From a virus (Duplodnaviria; Caudoviricetes), in the IMG/VR virus record IMGVR_UViG_3300032212_000124, positions 1 to 26,170 of that record: a stretch of 26,170 nucleotides of DNA. One strand, written 5' to 3'. The translations under genes were made by a program, and so were the position numbers. The notes beneath the pieces are model-generated. The model had not been told where the DNA came from. It saw nothing but the letters and a program-made list of their open reading frames with translations, and did no database searches. This document shows positions 7,659 through 18,051 of this stretch, piece by piece (positions within the stretch are counted from its first letter, which is position 1; the number at the start of each line of letters is the position of its first letter).

Positions 7659-8663
7659 ATGAGTGAAGAAATTGCAGACAGCAATGAAATAAGTGAATCT
7701 ACAGACAGTGGAATGGATATGGAGGGGGCGCTAGATACATTATCATCAGAATTATTCCCAAACTCAGAGCCAGAAGAGGTTGTTGAGACTGAATTTGAAG
7801 AGGACAATGAGCAAATAGCAGCCGAATCAGATCCTGAGTCGGAATCCGTTGAGGAGCCTGTTGAAGCACGTAAAGCCCCGCAGTCATGGAAAAAGGAAAT
7901 GAGTGAAAAATTCTCGACTCTTGATCCTGAAGTGCAGGATTATATTGAATTGCGCGAAACTCAAATGAGAGACGGCTTGGAGCTAAATAAAGAAGACTCT
8001 AATCTCGGTCGAACAATGCGTGATACATTGCAGCCATATTCTCAAATGCTAGACCATATTAAACAAGAAAAAGGCGTAGAGGCACCACAGGTTATACAGC
8101 ATATGCTAAATGCGCACTATAGCCTAAGCACGGCAACGCCTGAAGGCAAAATACAGTTATTTAATAAGTTAGCTCAAGAATATGGCATAAATCTTGCCGG
8201 TGAAGAAGCTAAAGAGGTTGACCCTTTGGTTCAGAACATGCAAAATGAGCTACAGAGTATAAAGCAGGATATATCAGCTAGACGTGAAAGCGAGCAAAAT
8301 GCTCAAGTCACTAAGGTAAATAATGATATTACTGCTTTTGCTGAAGACCCTGCTCACCCTTACTTTGATGAGGTTTCAGATCAGATCGTAGCATTTATTA
8401 ATGCCGGTGAAGACCTTGAAGGAGCATATGAAAAGGCTGTTTGGGCAAACCCTATTACTAGGCAGAAAGAAATGGAAAGACTCCAACAAGAGAAACTTTC
8501 ATCTCAATCTGAAAAAGAAAAACAGCGCGTAGCGAAGGCTAAAAAAGCTTCGTCTACAAATGTCAGAGGTCGTAACACCAGAAACACGCCTACAGCGCCT
8601 AATGGAACGATGGAAGACACGATGAGAGAAACATTTAAAGACATTCAATCACGTTCACATTAG
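7659..8663 (+). CDS. Capsid scaffolding protein
   Basis: Acidic disordered N-terminus, APQSWKKE motif, helical/coiled-coil body; immediately upstream of the capsid gene; GAGGAG RBS. Confidence 0.8.
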   Translation: MSEEIADSNEISESTDSGMDMEGALDTLSSELFPNSEPEEVVETEFEEDNEQIAAESDPESESVEEPVEARKAPQSWKKEMSEKFSTLDPEVQDYIELRETQMRDGLELNKEDSNLGRTMRDTLQPYSQMLDHIKQEKGVEAPQVIQHMLNAHYSLSTATPEGKIQLFNKLAQEYGINLAGEEAKEVDPLVQNMQNELQSIKQDISARRESEQNAQVTKVNNDITAFAEDPAHPYFDEVSDQIVAFINAGEDLEGAYEKAVWANPITRQKEMERLQQEKLSSQSEKEKQRVAKAKKASSTNVRGRNTRNTPTAPNGTMEDTMRETFKDIQSRSH

Positions 8664-8673
8664 GAGCTAAATT

Positions 8674-9657
8674 ATGGCATCCCCAAATAGTACATTCACG
8701 GAGCTGGTATCAACTACCTTCCGTAAGCATCGGAAAGAAATCAAAGATAACGTTTCTAACCGTAACGCTTTTCTAAAATATATGATGAAGAAAGGTAATT
8801 ATCGCAAAGAGGATGGTGGCTTAACAATTGCTACGCCGCTTGATTATGCCGAAAACTCAACTTACCAACGCTATAGCGATTGGGATATTCTGGATATTTC
8901 TGCGTCAGAAGTTATTAGTGCAGCAGAATATCAATGGCGACAAGTTGCAATTAATGTAGTTGCGTCAGGTCGTGAGCTTCGCATTAACTCTGGCGAATCA
9001 AAGATTATTAATCTTGCTAAAAGCCGCATTAAGAATGCTTTGAGAACTTATAATAATAATTTCTCAAGTGATTTGTATTCTGATGGCACAGCTTCAAACC
9101 AGATTAACGGCCTACAGGCTATTATTGCTGATTCAGGTCAAGGCACGGTTGGGGGTATTAACTCTACTACCGCAGCTAACGCTTTTTGGCGAAACACTGT
9201 TCAATCGGCTGCTGCTCCATTGCAAGGCGGCGGCGCGGTTACTGTGTCTGAGTCTACGATTGAGAACGAAATAATGCTCCCTTTATGGCTTGAATTAGAT
9301 CGTGGCCCTTCGGATAATCCTGATTTAATCGTTATGTCTAATGATTATTATCAGTTCTATGAGAACTCACAGGTATCTATTAAGCGTTATATGGATGCAG
9401 ATAAGGCTCAAGGCGGTTTCGTAAGTCTTAAGTACAAGACTGCTGATGTTATGCACGATGGAAACTCTGGTATCCCTGCTGCTCATATGTATATGATTAA
9501 CACTGACTACTTTGGTCTTTGTGTTCATAAAGATGCTGACCTTGAGATTATGGAAGACCAACGTCCTATCAATCAAGATGGTGTTGTTACGCCTATTTTG
9601 TGGATGGGTAATTTAGAATGCTCGAATCGCGCACAGCAAGGTGTAGCTAAAGCCTAA
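8674..9657 (+). CDS. Major capsid protein (HK97 fold expected)
   Basis: 327 aa after the scaffold with a strong AGGAG RBS. LYSDGT, INGLQAII, TVGGIN and PILWMGNLECSNR fit a podovirus MCP family. Confidence 0.9.
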   Translation: MASPNSTFTELVSTTFRKHRKEIKDNVSNRNAFLKYMMKKGNYRKEDGGLTIATPLDYAENSTYQRYSDWDILDISASEVISAAEYQWRQVAINVVASGRELRINSGESKIINLAKSRIKNALRTYNNNFSSDLYSDGTASNQINGLQAIIADSGQGTVGGINSTTAANAFWRNTVQSAAAPLQGGGAVTVSESTIENEIMLPLWLELDRGPSDNPDLIVMSNDYYQFYENSQVSIKRYMDADKAQGGFVSLKYKTADVMHDGNSGIPAAHMYMINTDYFGLCVHKDADLEIMEDQRPINQDGVVTPILWMGNLECSNRAQQGVAKA

Positions 9658-9670
9658 CTAGGAGAATATT

Positions 9671-10135
9671 ATGTCCTTTATTGCAGGCGCGGTATTAGAT
9701 CGCGCAGACACAACCGCACAATTTGCATTAGGAACCGTTGCTCAAATGAATGACGGCAAGCAATACAAATATGTGCTTTTTAATAACGGTGCGGGTAGCG
9801 TTGCATCTGTAGCGGGTAATTTTTGTTATAACTATGCTGTATCAGGTGCTTCGGCAGGTGATACAACCACAGTTACAATGGATATTACTGATAGTGGTGG
9901 AATTGGCATGGGTGTATTTCAAGCAGTGCTTGCTGATGGCGAGTATGGCTGGATTCAAATCACTGGTGAAGCTACGCTAACGACTGCTTTAACAGCAGGC
10001 GCAGATGGCAATGCCTTAACCGCTGTAGGTGCAACTGACGGAACGCTTGACGTATCGGCGCTAGTAACAGATTTTATCTGTGCGACAGCGGTTGATGCTT
10101 CGGCAAAGATCGTATTCCTTACTTGTCCTCAGTAG
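9671..10135 (+). CDS. Putative capsid decoration/cement protein
   Basis: 154 aa, A/G/T-rich, YKYV and YGWIQITG motifs. Sits with the MCP ahead of a terminator, consistent with high copy number. Confidence 0.65.
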   Translation: MSFIAGAVLDRADTTAQFALGTVAQMNDGKQYKYVLFNNGAGSVASVAGNFCYNYAVSGASAGDTTTVTMDITDSGGIGMGVFQAVLADGEYGWIQITGEATLTTALTAGADGNALTAVGATDGTLDVSALVTDFICATAVDASAKIVFLTCPQ

Positions 10136-10148
10136 CGCTTAAGTAACT

Positions 10149-10176
10149 GGCTCCCCTCTTTTGAGGGGATCTTTAA
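10149..10176 (+). terminator. Rho-independent terminator after the capsid genes
   Basis: TCCCCTC-TTTT-GAGGGGA hairpin (10152-10169) followed by a short U tract (TCTTTAA); probably leaky. Confidence 0.7.
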
Positions 10177-10194
10177 TCCAGACAGGATACTATT

Positions 10195-10953
10195 ATGCTG
10201 ACAGCAGAAGAAGAAAGACCTCCCTATGTAATGTTTGAAACACGCGCAGTAGAAGATAGAACTGCATCAATTAATGCAGGGCATTATGTATCAAAAGATA
10301 TTAATTATGCTCTAGTAACACCGCCCGGCTCTAAAGACCTTCACGAAGAAGAACTTGACGCTTGGCTACAAAAAGCAAGCATGAACGCCAGAAATGGCAG
10401 AATGAACCCAAAATGGGTTGAAGCATGGAAAGAAAAAGCCATTGCTTGGAAAAAAGGTCAGGAAATTCCTGAAGACGGTATCCCCATTAAAGGATGGACG
10501 CTATTAAGTCCAGCACAATGTGAAATGCTGCTATTTGCGAATATCCGTACTGTGGAAGATTTAGCTCAAATTAATGATGAGGGCTTATCTCGTATTGGCA
10601 TGGGTGGTGTTGATCTTAAGAAAAAAGCAAAATCATGGCTTCAAGCCACTAAAGATCATGGCCCGTTAACGATGAAAATGGCATCTTTAGAGCAAGAAAA
10701 TGAAGCTTTAAAAACTCAGAATGAAGATTTAATTGCAAAAAATCGGCTATTAAAATCTCAGTTAGAAGCGGGTGGATCTGCGCCACAGTCTGACTATGTT
10801 GCGCCATCTAATGTAATCTCTATGGCAGATATTACGCCAGATCCTGAGCAATCTGAGCTGGATGGGTTAAAGGCTCAATATGAGCAGAAGTTTGGCAAAA
10901 GACCCCATCATTTAATGAAAGAAGATGGATTAAGAAAGAAACTATTGGAGTAA
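10195..10953 (+). CDS. Hypothetical protein with helix-hairpin-helix motif, coiled coil and small C-terminal helical domain
   Basis: NIRTVEDLAQINDEGLSRIGMG resembles the HhH of Rad51-N/NusA-C type; coiled coil at about aa 160-192; ends LKAQYEQKFGKRPHHLMKEDGLRKKL. Confidence 0.7.
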   Translation: MLTAEEERPPYVMFETRAVEDRTASINAGHYVSKDINYALVTPPGSKDLHEEELDAWLQKASMNARNGRMNPKWVEAWKEKAIAWKKGQEIPEDGIPIKGWTLLSPAQCEMLLFANIRTVEDLAQINDEGLSRIGMGGVDLKKKAKSWLQATKDHGPLTMKMASLEQENEALKTQNEDLIAKNRLLKSQLEAGGSAPQSDYVAPSNVISMADITPDPEQSELDGLKAQYEQKFGKRPHHLMKEDGLRKKLLE

Positions 10954-10957
10954 TATA

Positions 10958-11665
10958 ATGACAATGTTGTCCTTGGTGCAGAATTTTTGTAAACGAACAA
11001 ATATACCCGTTCCTGTTTCTGTATTAGGATCAACAGATGAGCAGGTATTGCAGGCGCTTGGGTTATTAGAAGAAGAAGGTCAAGACCTTGCTACAAGAGG
11101 AGACTGGCAATCTTTAACTAATGAGTCGACGCATACAACGATAGCTATTGAGGATCAAGGATCAATACAGACAATTGCATCCAACGGCTTTGCCTATATT
11201 AAAAATAACACAATATGGGATAGAGACTTAAGGCTGCCGGTATATGTTATTGATGGTACAGACTGGCAGCAAGTTAAAGCCATTGAGGTAACCGGCCCTC
11301 GTTATCAAGCAAGAATAAGAGGCGGCAAGCTTCTCTGCAATCCGGTACCAGCCGCAGGCAATACGTGGGCATTTGAATATATATCTGAAAACTGGATATT
11401 AGGTGCTGATGGGACAACTTATAGCCAATACTTCAACCTAGACACTGATACATTCCTGTTTCCTGAAAAAATCCTTATGATGGGGCTTAGATGGCGCTGG
11501 AAGAAAGAAAAGGGGCTAGAGTATGCGGAAGACTATGCAACGTATGAAAAGCTAGTTTCTCAAGCTTTAGCAAGCGATGGAATGAGACGAAATATAAATC
11601 TAGGCGAAGGCGGCTATTCAGTAGAGCCAAGAGTTTATACGCCTGATGGAAGTTTTAATCTATGA
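10958..11665 (+). CDS. Head-tail adaptor (P22 gp4 / T7 gp11-like)
   Basis: Position and size; N-terminal helix MTMLSLVQNFC; C-terminal helical LMMGLRWRWKKEKGLEY. Confidence 0.7.
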   Translation: MTMLSLVQNFCKRTNIPVPVSVLGSTDEQVLQALGLLEEEGQDLATRGDWQSLTNESTHTTIAIEDQGSIQTIASNGFAYIKNNTIWDRDLRLPVYVIDGTDWQQVKAIEVTGPRYQARIRGGKLLCNPVPAAGNTWAFEYISENWILGADGTTYSQYFNLDTDTFLFPEKILMMGLRWRWKKEKGLEYAEDYATYEKLVSQALASDGMRRNINLGEGGYSVEPRVYTPDGSFNL

Positions 11666-13221
11666 GGACACCATTAAGATCAAAAGGCCCAAGAACACAA
11701 ACATCTAATGTTCAAAGCATTCAAGCCCCTTTAGGCGGATGGAATGCAAAAAACTCCATTGCTGCAATGCCAGAAGGCGATGCAATTAAATTAATAAATT
11801 TCTTTCCGACTACTGTTGACTGTGTTTTGAGGGGTGGGAATTCAGCCCATTCAACAGGGATAACCGGAACGACTGAATCATTGCCTGTTTATAATGCGGA
11901 AGATGGATCAAGTGAAATGTTTGCGTGTACATCTACTGATGTATATAACGCCTCTGCTGCGGGAGCTGCAACCGCTGAATCATTAACCGTTACAAATGGG
12001 AAGTGGCAGACAATAAATTTTGGTGACGGAACCAATCATTATTTAATTATGGTAAATGGTGTTGATGCGCCTTATTACTATAACGGAACTACATGGACAT
12101 TGATTACAGGCGTTTCTAGCCCTGCATTAACTGGGCCAACATTGACTGGGCTGATTAATGTAACATCATACAACGGTCGCTTATTCTTCATAGAGAAAGA
12201 TACATTATCCTTTTGGTATTTAGCGGCGGGCGCGGCGGGCGGTGCATTAACAGAATTTAAGCTCGATTCATTCGCAAAAAGAGGCGGATACCTGATGTGG
12301 GCCGCTACATGGACATTTGATGGTGGAGATGGTCAAGATGATTATATTGTCTTTATGACTTCTCAAGGCGAGGTCATTGTCTATCGAGGAACAGATCCTT
12401 CTACAGCAGCCAATTGGGTAAAAATTGGAACCTATTATCTTGGCAAGCCATTAGGTCGCAGGTCATTTGTTCAATTTGGTGGCGATTTAATTGCTTTAAC
12501 TCAAAATGGTGCATATCCACTGTCTAAGTCTTTGCAATCAGCTTCTATTAATGAATCGGTTGCATTAACAGACAAAATAGAAAAAGCATTTAATGAAGCT
12601 GCATTAATTTATGGCACGAATTTTGGATGGGACTGCACTTTATACCCTTTAAAGTCTGCTTTATTATTTAATGTGCCTTTTGCGGAAGGCGGTCAACATA
12701 AACAATATGTGATGAATACAATTACAGGATCATGGTGTGAATTTGATAACTGGGATGGCGAATGCTTTGCTGTTTATAAAGATGATCTGTATTTTGGCGC
12801 GTCAACCGTTGTTCAAAAAGCATGGAATGGAACATCTGATAATGGCGATGAGATAATTGCTATTGGGAAAACTGCATTTAATTACTTTGGAATGCAATCA
12901 CAGCAGAAAAAAATGAATTTATTTAGACCTATGTTGCAGGTTAATGGAAGTATTAATTTTTTAACAGGGTTTGACATGGATTATGAAGACAAAGAAATAA
13001 GCGGCGTATCTTCATTTTCTGCAACGGGATCATCTACATGGGATGTAAGTCAGTGGGATGTTGGGTTATGGTCTTCCGGCCTTAAAACAGTAAGAAAGTG
13101 GGTTTCTCCTTCATCTGATATTGGCTACTGCGTTTCTGGTGGACTAAAGATAAATACAGATTCATTGGAAGTTCACTGGGTTGCATGTGATTACGTTTTT
13201 GAGACTGGCGGTGTTATATGA
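11662..13221 (+). CDS. Tail nozzle / DNA stabilisation protein (P22 gp10 / T7 gp12-like)
   Basis: 519 aa with beta-propeller-like repeats; APLGGWNA N-terminal motif; WDxxxWD repeat near the C-terminus; follows the adaptor. Confidence 0.78.
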   Translation: MRTPLRSKGPRTQTSNVQSIQAPLGGWNAKNSIAAMPEGDAIKLINFFPTTVDCVLRGGNSAHSTGITGTTESLPVYNAEDGSSEMFACTSTDVYNASAAGAATAESLTVTNGKWQTINFGDGTNHYLIMVNGVDAPYYYNGTTWTLITGVSSPALTGPTLTGLINVTSYNGRLFFIEKDTLSFWYLAAGAAGGALTEFKLDSFAKRGGYLMWAATWTFDGGDGQDDYIVFMTSQGEVIVYRGTDPSTAANWVKIGTYYLGKPLGRRSFVQFGGDLIALTQNGAYPLSKSLQSASINESVALTDKIEKAFNEAALIYGTNFGWDCTLYPLKSALLFNVPFAEGGQHKQYVMNTITGSWCEFDNWDGECFAVYKDDLYFGASTVVQKAWNGTSDNGDEIIAIGKTAFNYFGMQSQQKKMNLFRPMLQVNGSINFLTGFDMDYEDKEISGVSSFSATGSSTWDVSQWDVGLWSSGLKTVRKWVSPSSDIGYCVSGGLKINTDSLEVHWVACDYVFETGGVI

Positions 13222-13697
13222 TTACTTATCAAGAAGAAAGCTTAGAGGATATGTGGGATGATTTAATGGTTAATGCGCGTCTTCACTGGGAGGAAACAGA
13301 AGGTTACAGACATGACCAGCCATTAAATCCAGACAAAGCACGATTTTTACAATATGAGAAATTAGGACTTTACCATTCATATTCAGCTAGAGACGATGGA
13401 GAGTTGATAGGAAACGTTACAATGTATGTTAGCCCATCAATGCATACTCAATTACTTATAGCGACTGAAGACACGATGTTTATTAAAAAAGAATACCGTG
13501 GAAAGCGTGTTTATTACAAATTATTTACAATGGTTGAAGAAGAAATGAAGAAATTGGGCGTATCTGAAATAATGCTTACCTCAAAAGTATCTAATCCAGC
13601 GGGTAGACTTATTGAGCGAATGGGTTATAATCTAGTAGCAAACGAATATTCAAAATCGTTTATTGGTGCAGACAGCGCTATTGCTAAAGCCTCTTAA
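13218..13697 (+). CDS. GNAT-fold acetyltransferase-like protein
   Basis: Acetyl-CoA motif A MFIKKEYRGK...KL and LIERMGY. Occupies the slot between nozzle and ejection proteins. Confidence 0.8.
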   Translation: MITYQEESLEDMWDDLMVNARLHWEETEGYRHDQPLNPDKARFLQYEKLGLYHSYSARDDGELIGNVTMYVSPSMHTQLLIATEDTMFIKKEYRGKRVYYKLFTMVEEEMKKLGVSEIMLTSKVSNPAGRLIERMGYNLVANEYSKSFIGADSAIAKAS

Positions 13698-13709
13698 TAG
13701 GAAAGTAAT

Positions 13710-14870
13710 ATGTGTTCTCCAACACCGCCACCTGCCCCAAATTATTCATTAGCAGCAGACCAAACCGCTGCTAGCAATCTTGATTTTGCAAGACAAACGG
13801 CACAAGCCAATCGCCCAGACGAAATATCTCCATTAGGCACAAGAACATGGCAGCAAGGCGGTGATTCTGTCTTTGACCAAGAAGGATATGACGCTGCTTT
13901 AGAGGGCTACCAAACGCAGCAAGATGTGTTGTCAGGATTAGGTAATGTTGGAAGAAGCGCTTATTTAGCGCAAAATGAAGAAATATTTAGCCCAACAAGA
14001 CAAGAATATACCACTATTTCGGGTGATCCAGATCAGTGGACTTCAACCGTTTCCTTATCGCCTGAAGTTCAGTCCTTATTTGATAAAGAGCTGGAAAATA
14101 AAGGTCGTCAAGCTGACCTTTCCTTATCTGGGCTTAATTCTGTTGAAGATATATTTAAAACCCCTTTTAGTACAACTGGTCAAGTGGGCGAGTATGCTGG
14201 CCCTAATTACGCTGGCATAGAAGGTGACGTTCCTCAATATCAAGGCGGTGATTACGACAAAACGCGGCAAAATGTATCTGATGCCATGATGAGTCGTGTA
14301 AACACTGATATAGATAGAGATAGATCGACTAAAGAGGCTCAGTTAATCGCTCAAGGCATTCCTAAAGGTTCTGAGGCATTTAATCGTGAAATGGAGCAGC
14401 TTGATCGCAAACAGACTGATGCGCGTCAACAAGCTGAAATAGCGGCTTCAGGACAAGCCGCACAAGAGTTTATATTGCGTCAAGGGCAGGATCAACAAGC
14501 GTTCGTTAATGACATGATGAGTCGAGGAATGAGCGAGTCAGAAGCCATTAATTTATTCCAAAATCAAACTCAAGGTGAAATGAACAAGTTTGCAACTGGA
14601 TTAGATGCGCGAAGACAGAATATATCTGAAGCGTTATTAAATAGACAGACCCCTCTAAATGAAGTAAATGCCTTTAGAACAGGCTCTCAGGTTAGCATGC
14701 CTCAATTCCAAGCGTATGGTCAGCAGGCGAATGTACCCGGATCTAATTATAATAATGCCGTTAATCAGCAGTCACAATATGATATAGCCGGATATAATGC
14801 CGACCTAGCCGGAAGGAATGCTTTAACTAGCGGTTTGTTTGGGCTTGGCGCGGCATATCTAGGAGCTTAA
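13710..14870 (+). CDS. DNA ejection (pilot / internal virion) protein 1
   Basis: PTPPPAPNY N-terminus, Q/A/N-rich helical body, C-terminal hydrophobic GLFGLGAAYLGA; first of three genes in the P22 gp7/20/16 slot. Confidence 0.7.
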   Translation: MCSPTPPPAPNYSLAADQTAASNLDFARQTAQANRPDEISPLGTRTWQQGGDSVFDQEGYDAALEGYQTQQDVLSGLGNVGRSAYLAQNEEIFSPTRQEYTTISGDPDQWTSTVSLSPEVQSLFDKELENKGRQADLSLSGLNSVEDIFKTPFSTTGQVGEYAGPNYAGIEGDVPQYQGGDYDKTRQNVSDAMMSRVNTDIDRDRSTKEAQLIAQGIPKGSEAFNREMEQLDRKQTDARQQAEIAASGQAAQEFILRQGQDQQAFVNDMMSRGMSESEAINLFQNQTQGEMNKFATGLDARRQNISEALLNRQTPLNEVNAFRTGSQVSMPQFQAYGQQANVPGSNYNNAVNQQSQYDIAGYNADLAGRNALTSGLFGLGAAYLGA

Positions 14871-14872
14871 TA

Positions 14873-16090
14873 ATGGATTATCAGTCATTCACTACACCCG
14901 GCTCTTATGAGCAAGTTCAGTCTGATATAGCTAAAGAAGACAAGCGAAGAAAGCTTATTGAGGCGATGCAAGCTCAAAACCTTAAGCAAGGCAATACCTC
15001 AAAGATGGTCAGTGGTCGCGTTGTTCCTTATGGTGTAGGTGAAGGGCTAACAAAGATAGCTTCTGCTTTAATGAGTCGCAGTCAATTAGAAGATACTGAT
15101 AAGCGCAAGAGCGAACTATTAGAGCAACAATCCGGTTTAAGAGCTGGCGCTACACAAGATGTAATGGATACGATACTGGGTCGTGAAGGTCAATACGAAA
15201 TCCCTGAAGGACAGCAGGGGCCACAAGTACAATCTATTGAAGCAGACCCATTGCAGGGGTCTATACAAGCCATGACGAGGCCTGAACTAAAAGACTCAGG
15301 CATGGATAAAGTTGCCTTGGCTATGTTGAACAGAAAGGAACCAAAGAAACCAGCGCGTAAATACAAAACAATCCCTGAAATGCAGCCTAGTGGTATGTGG
15401 CAAGATAGAGCTGTTACTGATGGTATTGTGGGAGATCTTGTTGGGGAGCAATACAAGAAAGGCTCTGGCGCGTCTGATATTTCAGTAGGCGGAGACAGTA
15501 AATACGCTGATGAAAGAATGAAGAAACAAGCGCAGATGATGGATGATTTGGGAGCTGCTGCTAAGTCCGCATATAATGAGTCATTGGCTTTGGATAGATT
15601 TATTGAAGCTTCTAAGACAGGCTCAGAAGGCGGTGCGCAGCCAATTATAACTGGCGTTAAGAACTTCCTTGCATCTGCTGGTTATAGTGATGATTCATTA
15701 GTTAGCGTGGCGACAATGGGGCAAGCATTAGGTGATATGAAAGTTAATAAGATTGCTCAATTTGGCGCAAGAGGGTTGACTGATAAAGACATGGAAATCA
15801 TTAATCTTTCTATGCCTAAAATTGAAACAAGCCAAGAAGCGCGTATAGCTGTAGCGGAAATCTTGAAAAAGGTTAAAGATTCCGAAGTGCAAAATTATAT
15901 TTATGCATTAGATCAAGAAAAAGAAAAGCATCCTGATGTCTCTGCCGGTGTATTGCAGCCTAGATGGTTAGGCGAATACAGGTCGGCGCAAGAAAATTCA
16001 TTTTCTCCCGCTAATTATATAGAAATTAGAGAAGTTGATGGTCAAAAGATTGGGAAAAAAGAAGATGGCACTTATGAGGTTATTCAATAA
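14873..16090 (+). CDS. DNA ejection / internal virion protein 2
   Basis: 405 aa, helical, no Cys; position; GLTDKDMEII resembles a motif I recall from ejection proteins. Confidence 0.62.
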   Translation: MDYQSFTTPGSYEQVQSDIAKEDKRRKLIEAMQAQNLKQGNTSKMVSGRVVPYGVGEGLTKIASALMSRSQLEDTDKRKSELLEQQSGLRAGATQDVMDTILGREGQYEIPEGQQGPQVQSIEADPLQGSIQAMTRPELKDSGMDKVALAMLNRKEPKKPARKYKTIPEMQPSGMWQDRAVTDGIVGDLVGEQYKKGSGASDISVGGDSKYADERMKKQAQMMDDLGAAAKSAYNESLALDRFIEASKTGSEGGAQPIITGVKNFLASAGYSDDSLVSVATMGQALGDMKVNKIAQFGARGLTDKDMEIINLSMPKIETSQEARIAVAEILKKVKDSEVQNYIYALDQEKEKHPDVSAGVLQPRWLGEYRSAQENSFSPANYIEIREVDGQKIGKKEDGTYEVIQ

Positions 16091-18051
16091 TGCCTACACA
16101 AGTAGAACTTAAAGCTCTATTTGACTCTGCTCCTGTAGAAAGACTGAGTATGACGCCAGAATCACAAAAAGAACTTGAGGCTCTTTTTGAGGCCGCGCCA
16201 CCACTAACCGCTCAGGCTGAAGAAAAACCTGTTTTATTAGAGGATCTGTATTCGCTTGATAGGCCATATGAGTCTGCTGGAAATGTTATAGGTGCGGCTG
16301 TAGAGCCTATGATGAAGATGGGATCAGGGATGGTTGGTTCAACTATTGGCGGGTTATCTGGAATAGGCACAGGAATGGGAAATGCGCTTGGGCTTGATTT
16401 AGGTGACCCACAAGAAAATATTGAGTATTTTCAAGACGCAATGACATATCAACCTCGCTCAGAAGGCGGGAAGATAGCCTCTGAAGCAATTGAATATCCA
16501 TTTAAAAAAATGGAGGAAGGCGCAGAGGTCGTTGGTCAAGAAAATGTTAATATAACAGGCTCGCCCGCTGTTGGTGCTGCTGCTAAAACAACAATGATGA
16601 TGCTGCCTGCAATAGTAGGCGCAGGGGGCGCAAAAAAAGCCATGCCACCAGAGGCGAAGCCTAGCGCTCTTGCAGAAACTATTGCTTCACCTGTAACTAT
16701 GCCATTAAATGCGGCGGGCGCAACATTAAAATTTGTCAAGAACGCTATCGTAAATAGGTTTCCTAAAGGCGCTGAGAGGGCTACTGTAGATACAATAGAT
16801 AAGATGCTAGGTGACAGGTTCCCCACAGTTGTAGAGCTTCTTAAAAGGGCTGAAAAAGGACAAACGGCAGGGCAAGCGGCAACTAAAGCCGGTTCAATGG
16901 AGTTCTCTGCATTACAGAAGTTTGCCGAGCAAATTGATCCATCTGGCTTTCAGGCAATGATGAAGTCTCAAAGAGAGGGGAGACTAAAAGATTTAACAAA
17001 AGACTTCGGTAAAACGCCTGAAGAGCTTGCGCGAGCAAAGGAAAATCTGGCTCGTGAAGCTGAAATTAAATATGCAAAATCTCGTGATGATATTATTGAG
17101 CCAAAATCCATCCCGCTTAAGGAGCAGTTACTAGAGGAAAATCTACCGAACGCACTTAAGAATCAGGCCGGTATACCTGATAGTATGGTAACTCCTAGTA
17201 CCGCAAAGCCTGCTATTTTACAAAAACAGGCAGGTGTTGATTACCCAGTAAATCTAGGTGATTTTCTCGAAAAACCATCAATTAAACGAGGCGTTAAAAA
17301 GGCTAGAGAGATACTTGCAGAGCAAGGCAAAGATTTGCCAAGCAATCCTAATCAATGGACGGTTGCAGACGTTCAGCTAATCAAAAGAACAGTTGCAGAC
17401 GAAATGAATTTAAGGCTATCTAAAGAGGCCGGAGAAAAGGGAATTGGAAGAACTGAAGCGAAAGCAGTTACTGATACAAAGAAGCTTTTTACTGATTTTA
17501 TTAGAGAAAGAAGTAAGAAGTTTGCAGAAGCAGAGGATTTTTATGCCGCTGAAAGTAAGCCAATAACTCAAATGGAAGCCGGTCAGGCATTAGCCAAAGG
17601 CTTAGGCAAAGAAACTAATCTCCCGCAAAGCAGAAAAGGAATGGAGAAAGTATGGGATAATCTTGAAAAGAAAGGGAAAACTGAGGACTTAACCCAGTCT
17701 CAAAAAACATCAGTTGAGAAGATTTCAGAAGCAATTATGAATGATGAAGTCTTAAAGTATCAATCGGGGAAAGGTTATCCTGCCTTAAATAAAGAAATGG
17801 GCGCTGTTTTAGGGGATTTACCTAACCCATTAGACAGGCGAATTATGATTATAAAGGCTATTCTAAAGCGAATTGAAGGTAAAAACACAAAAGATACAAA
17901 TAAGTTATTATCTGATGGCATGAAAGACCCTGCTTTTATGGCTAAATTGATGGAAAAAGCTATAGAAAAACGCAAAATGAAGTCAGAACTTAATAAATTT
18001 AAAGCTCCTACGGTAGTTGGTGGCGCAATAATAGAAGCGGAGAATAAATAA
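16090..18051 (+). CDS. DNA ejection / internal virion protein 3
   Basis: 653 aa, helical, Gly-rich hydrophobic segments, no Cys; last gene before the tail fibre. Confidence 0.62.
   Translation: MPTQVELKALFDSAPVERLSMTPESQKELEALFEAAPPLTAQAEEKPVLLEDLYSLDRPYESAGNVIGAAVEPMMKMGSGMVGSTIGGLSGIGTGMGNALGLDLGDPQENIEYFQDAMTYQPRSEGGKIASEAIEYPFKKMEEGAEVVGQENVNITGSPAVGAAAKTTMMMLPAIVGAGGAKKAMPPEAKPSALAETIASPVTMPLNAAGATLKFVKNAIVNRFPKGAERATVDTIDKMLGDRFPTVVELLKRAEKGQTAGQAATKAGSMEFSALQKFAEQIDPSGFQAMMKSQREGRLKDLTKDFGKTPEELARAKENLAREAEIKYAKSRDDIIEPKSIPLKEQLLEENLPNALKNQAGIPDSMVTPSTAKPAILQKQAGVDYPVNLGDFLEKPSIKRGVKKAREILAEQGKDLPSNPNQWTVADVQLIKRTVADEMNLRLSKEAGEKGIGRTEAKAVTDTKKLFTDFIRERSKKFAEAEDFYAAESKPITQMEAGQALAKGLGKETNLPQSRKGMEKVWDNLEKKGKTEDLTQSQKTSVEKISEAIMNDEVLKYQSGKGYPALNKEMGAVLGDLPNPLDRRIMIIKAILKRIEGKNTKDTNKLLSDGMKDPAFMAKLMEKAIEKRKMKSELNKFKAPTVVGGAIIEAENK

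Noticed and set aside
3479-9576. Nested or antisense ORFs 3479..3670, 3874..4149, 5426..5734, 7200..7421, 7562..7807, 7699..7887, 9068..9274, 9367..9576
   Set aside because: They overlap well-supported structural genes and show no recognisable motifs.
9640-9680. Possible capsid read-through or frameshift fusion to the decoration gene
   Set aside because: Clean TAA, no slippery heptamer, and the next gene has its own strong RBS.
16100-16200. Short peptide repeat ELKALFDSAP / ELEALFEAAP in ejection protein 3
   Set aside because: A degenerate two-copy repeat in a variable N-terminus; no further structure evident.
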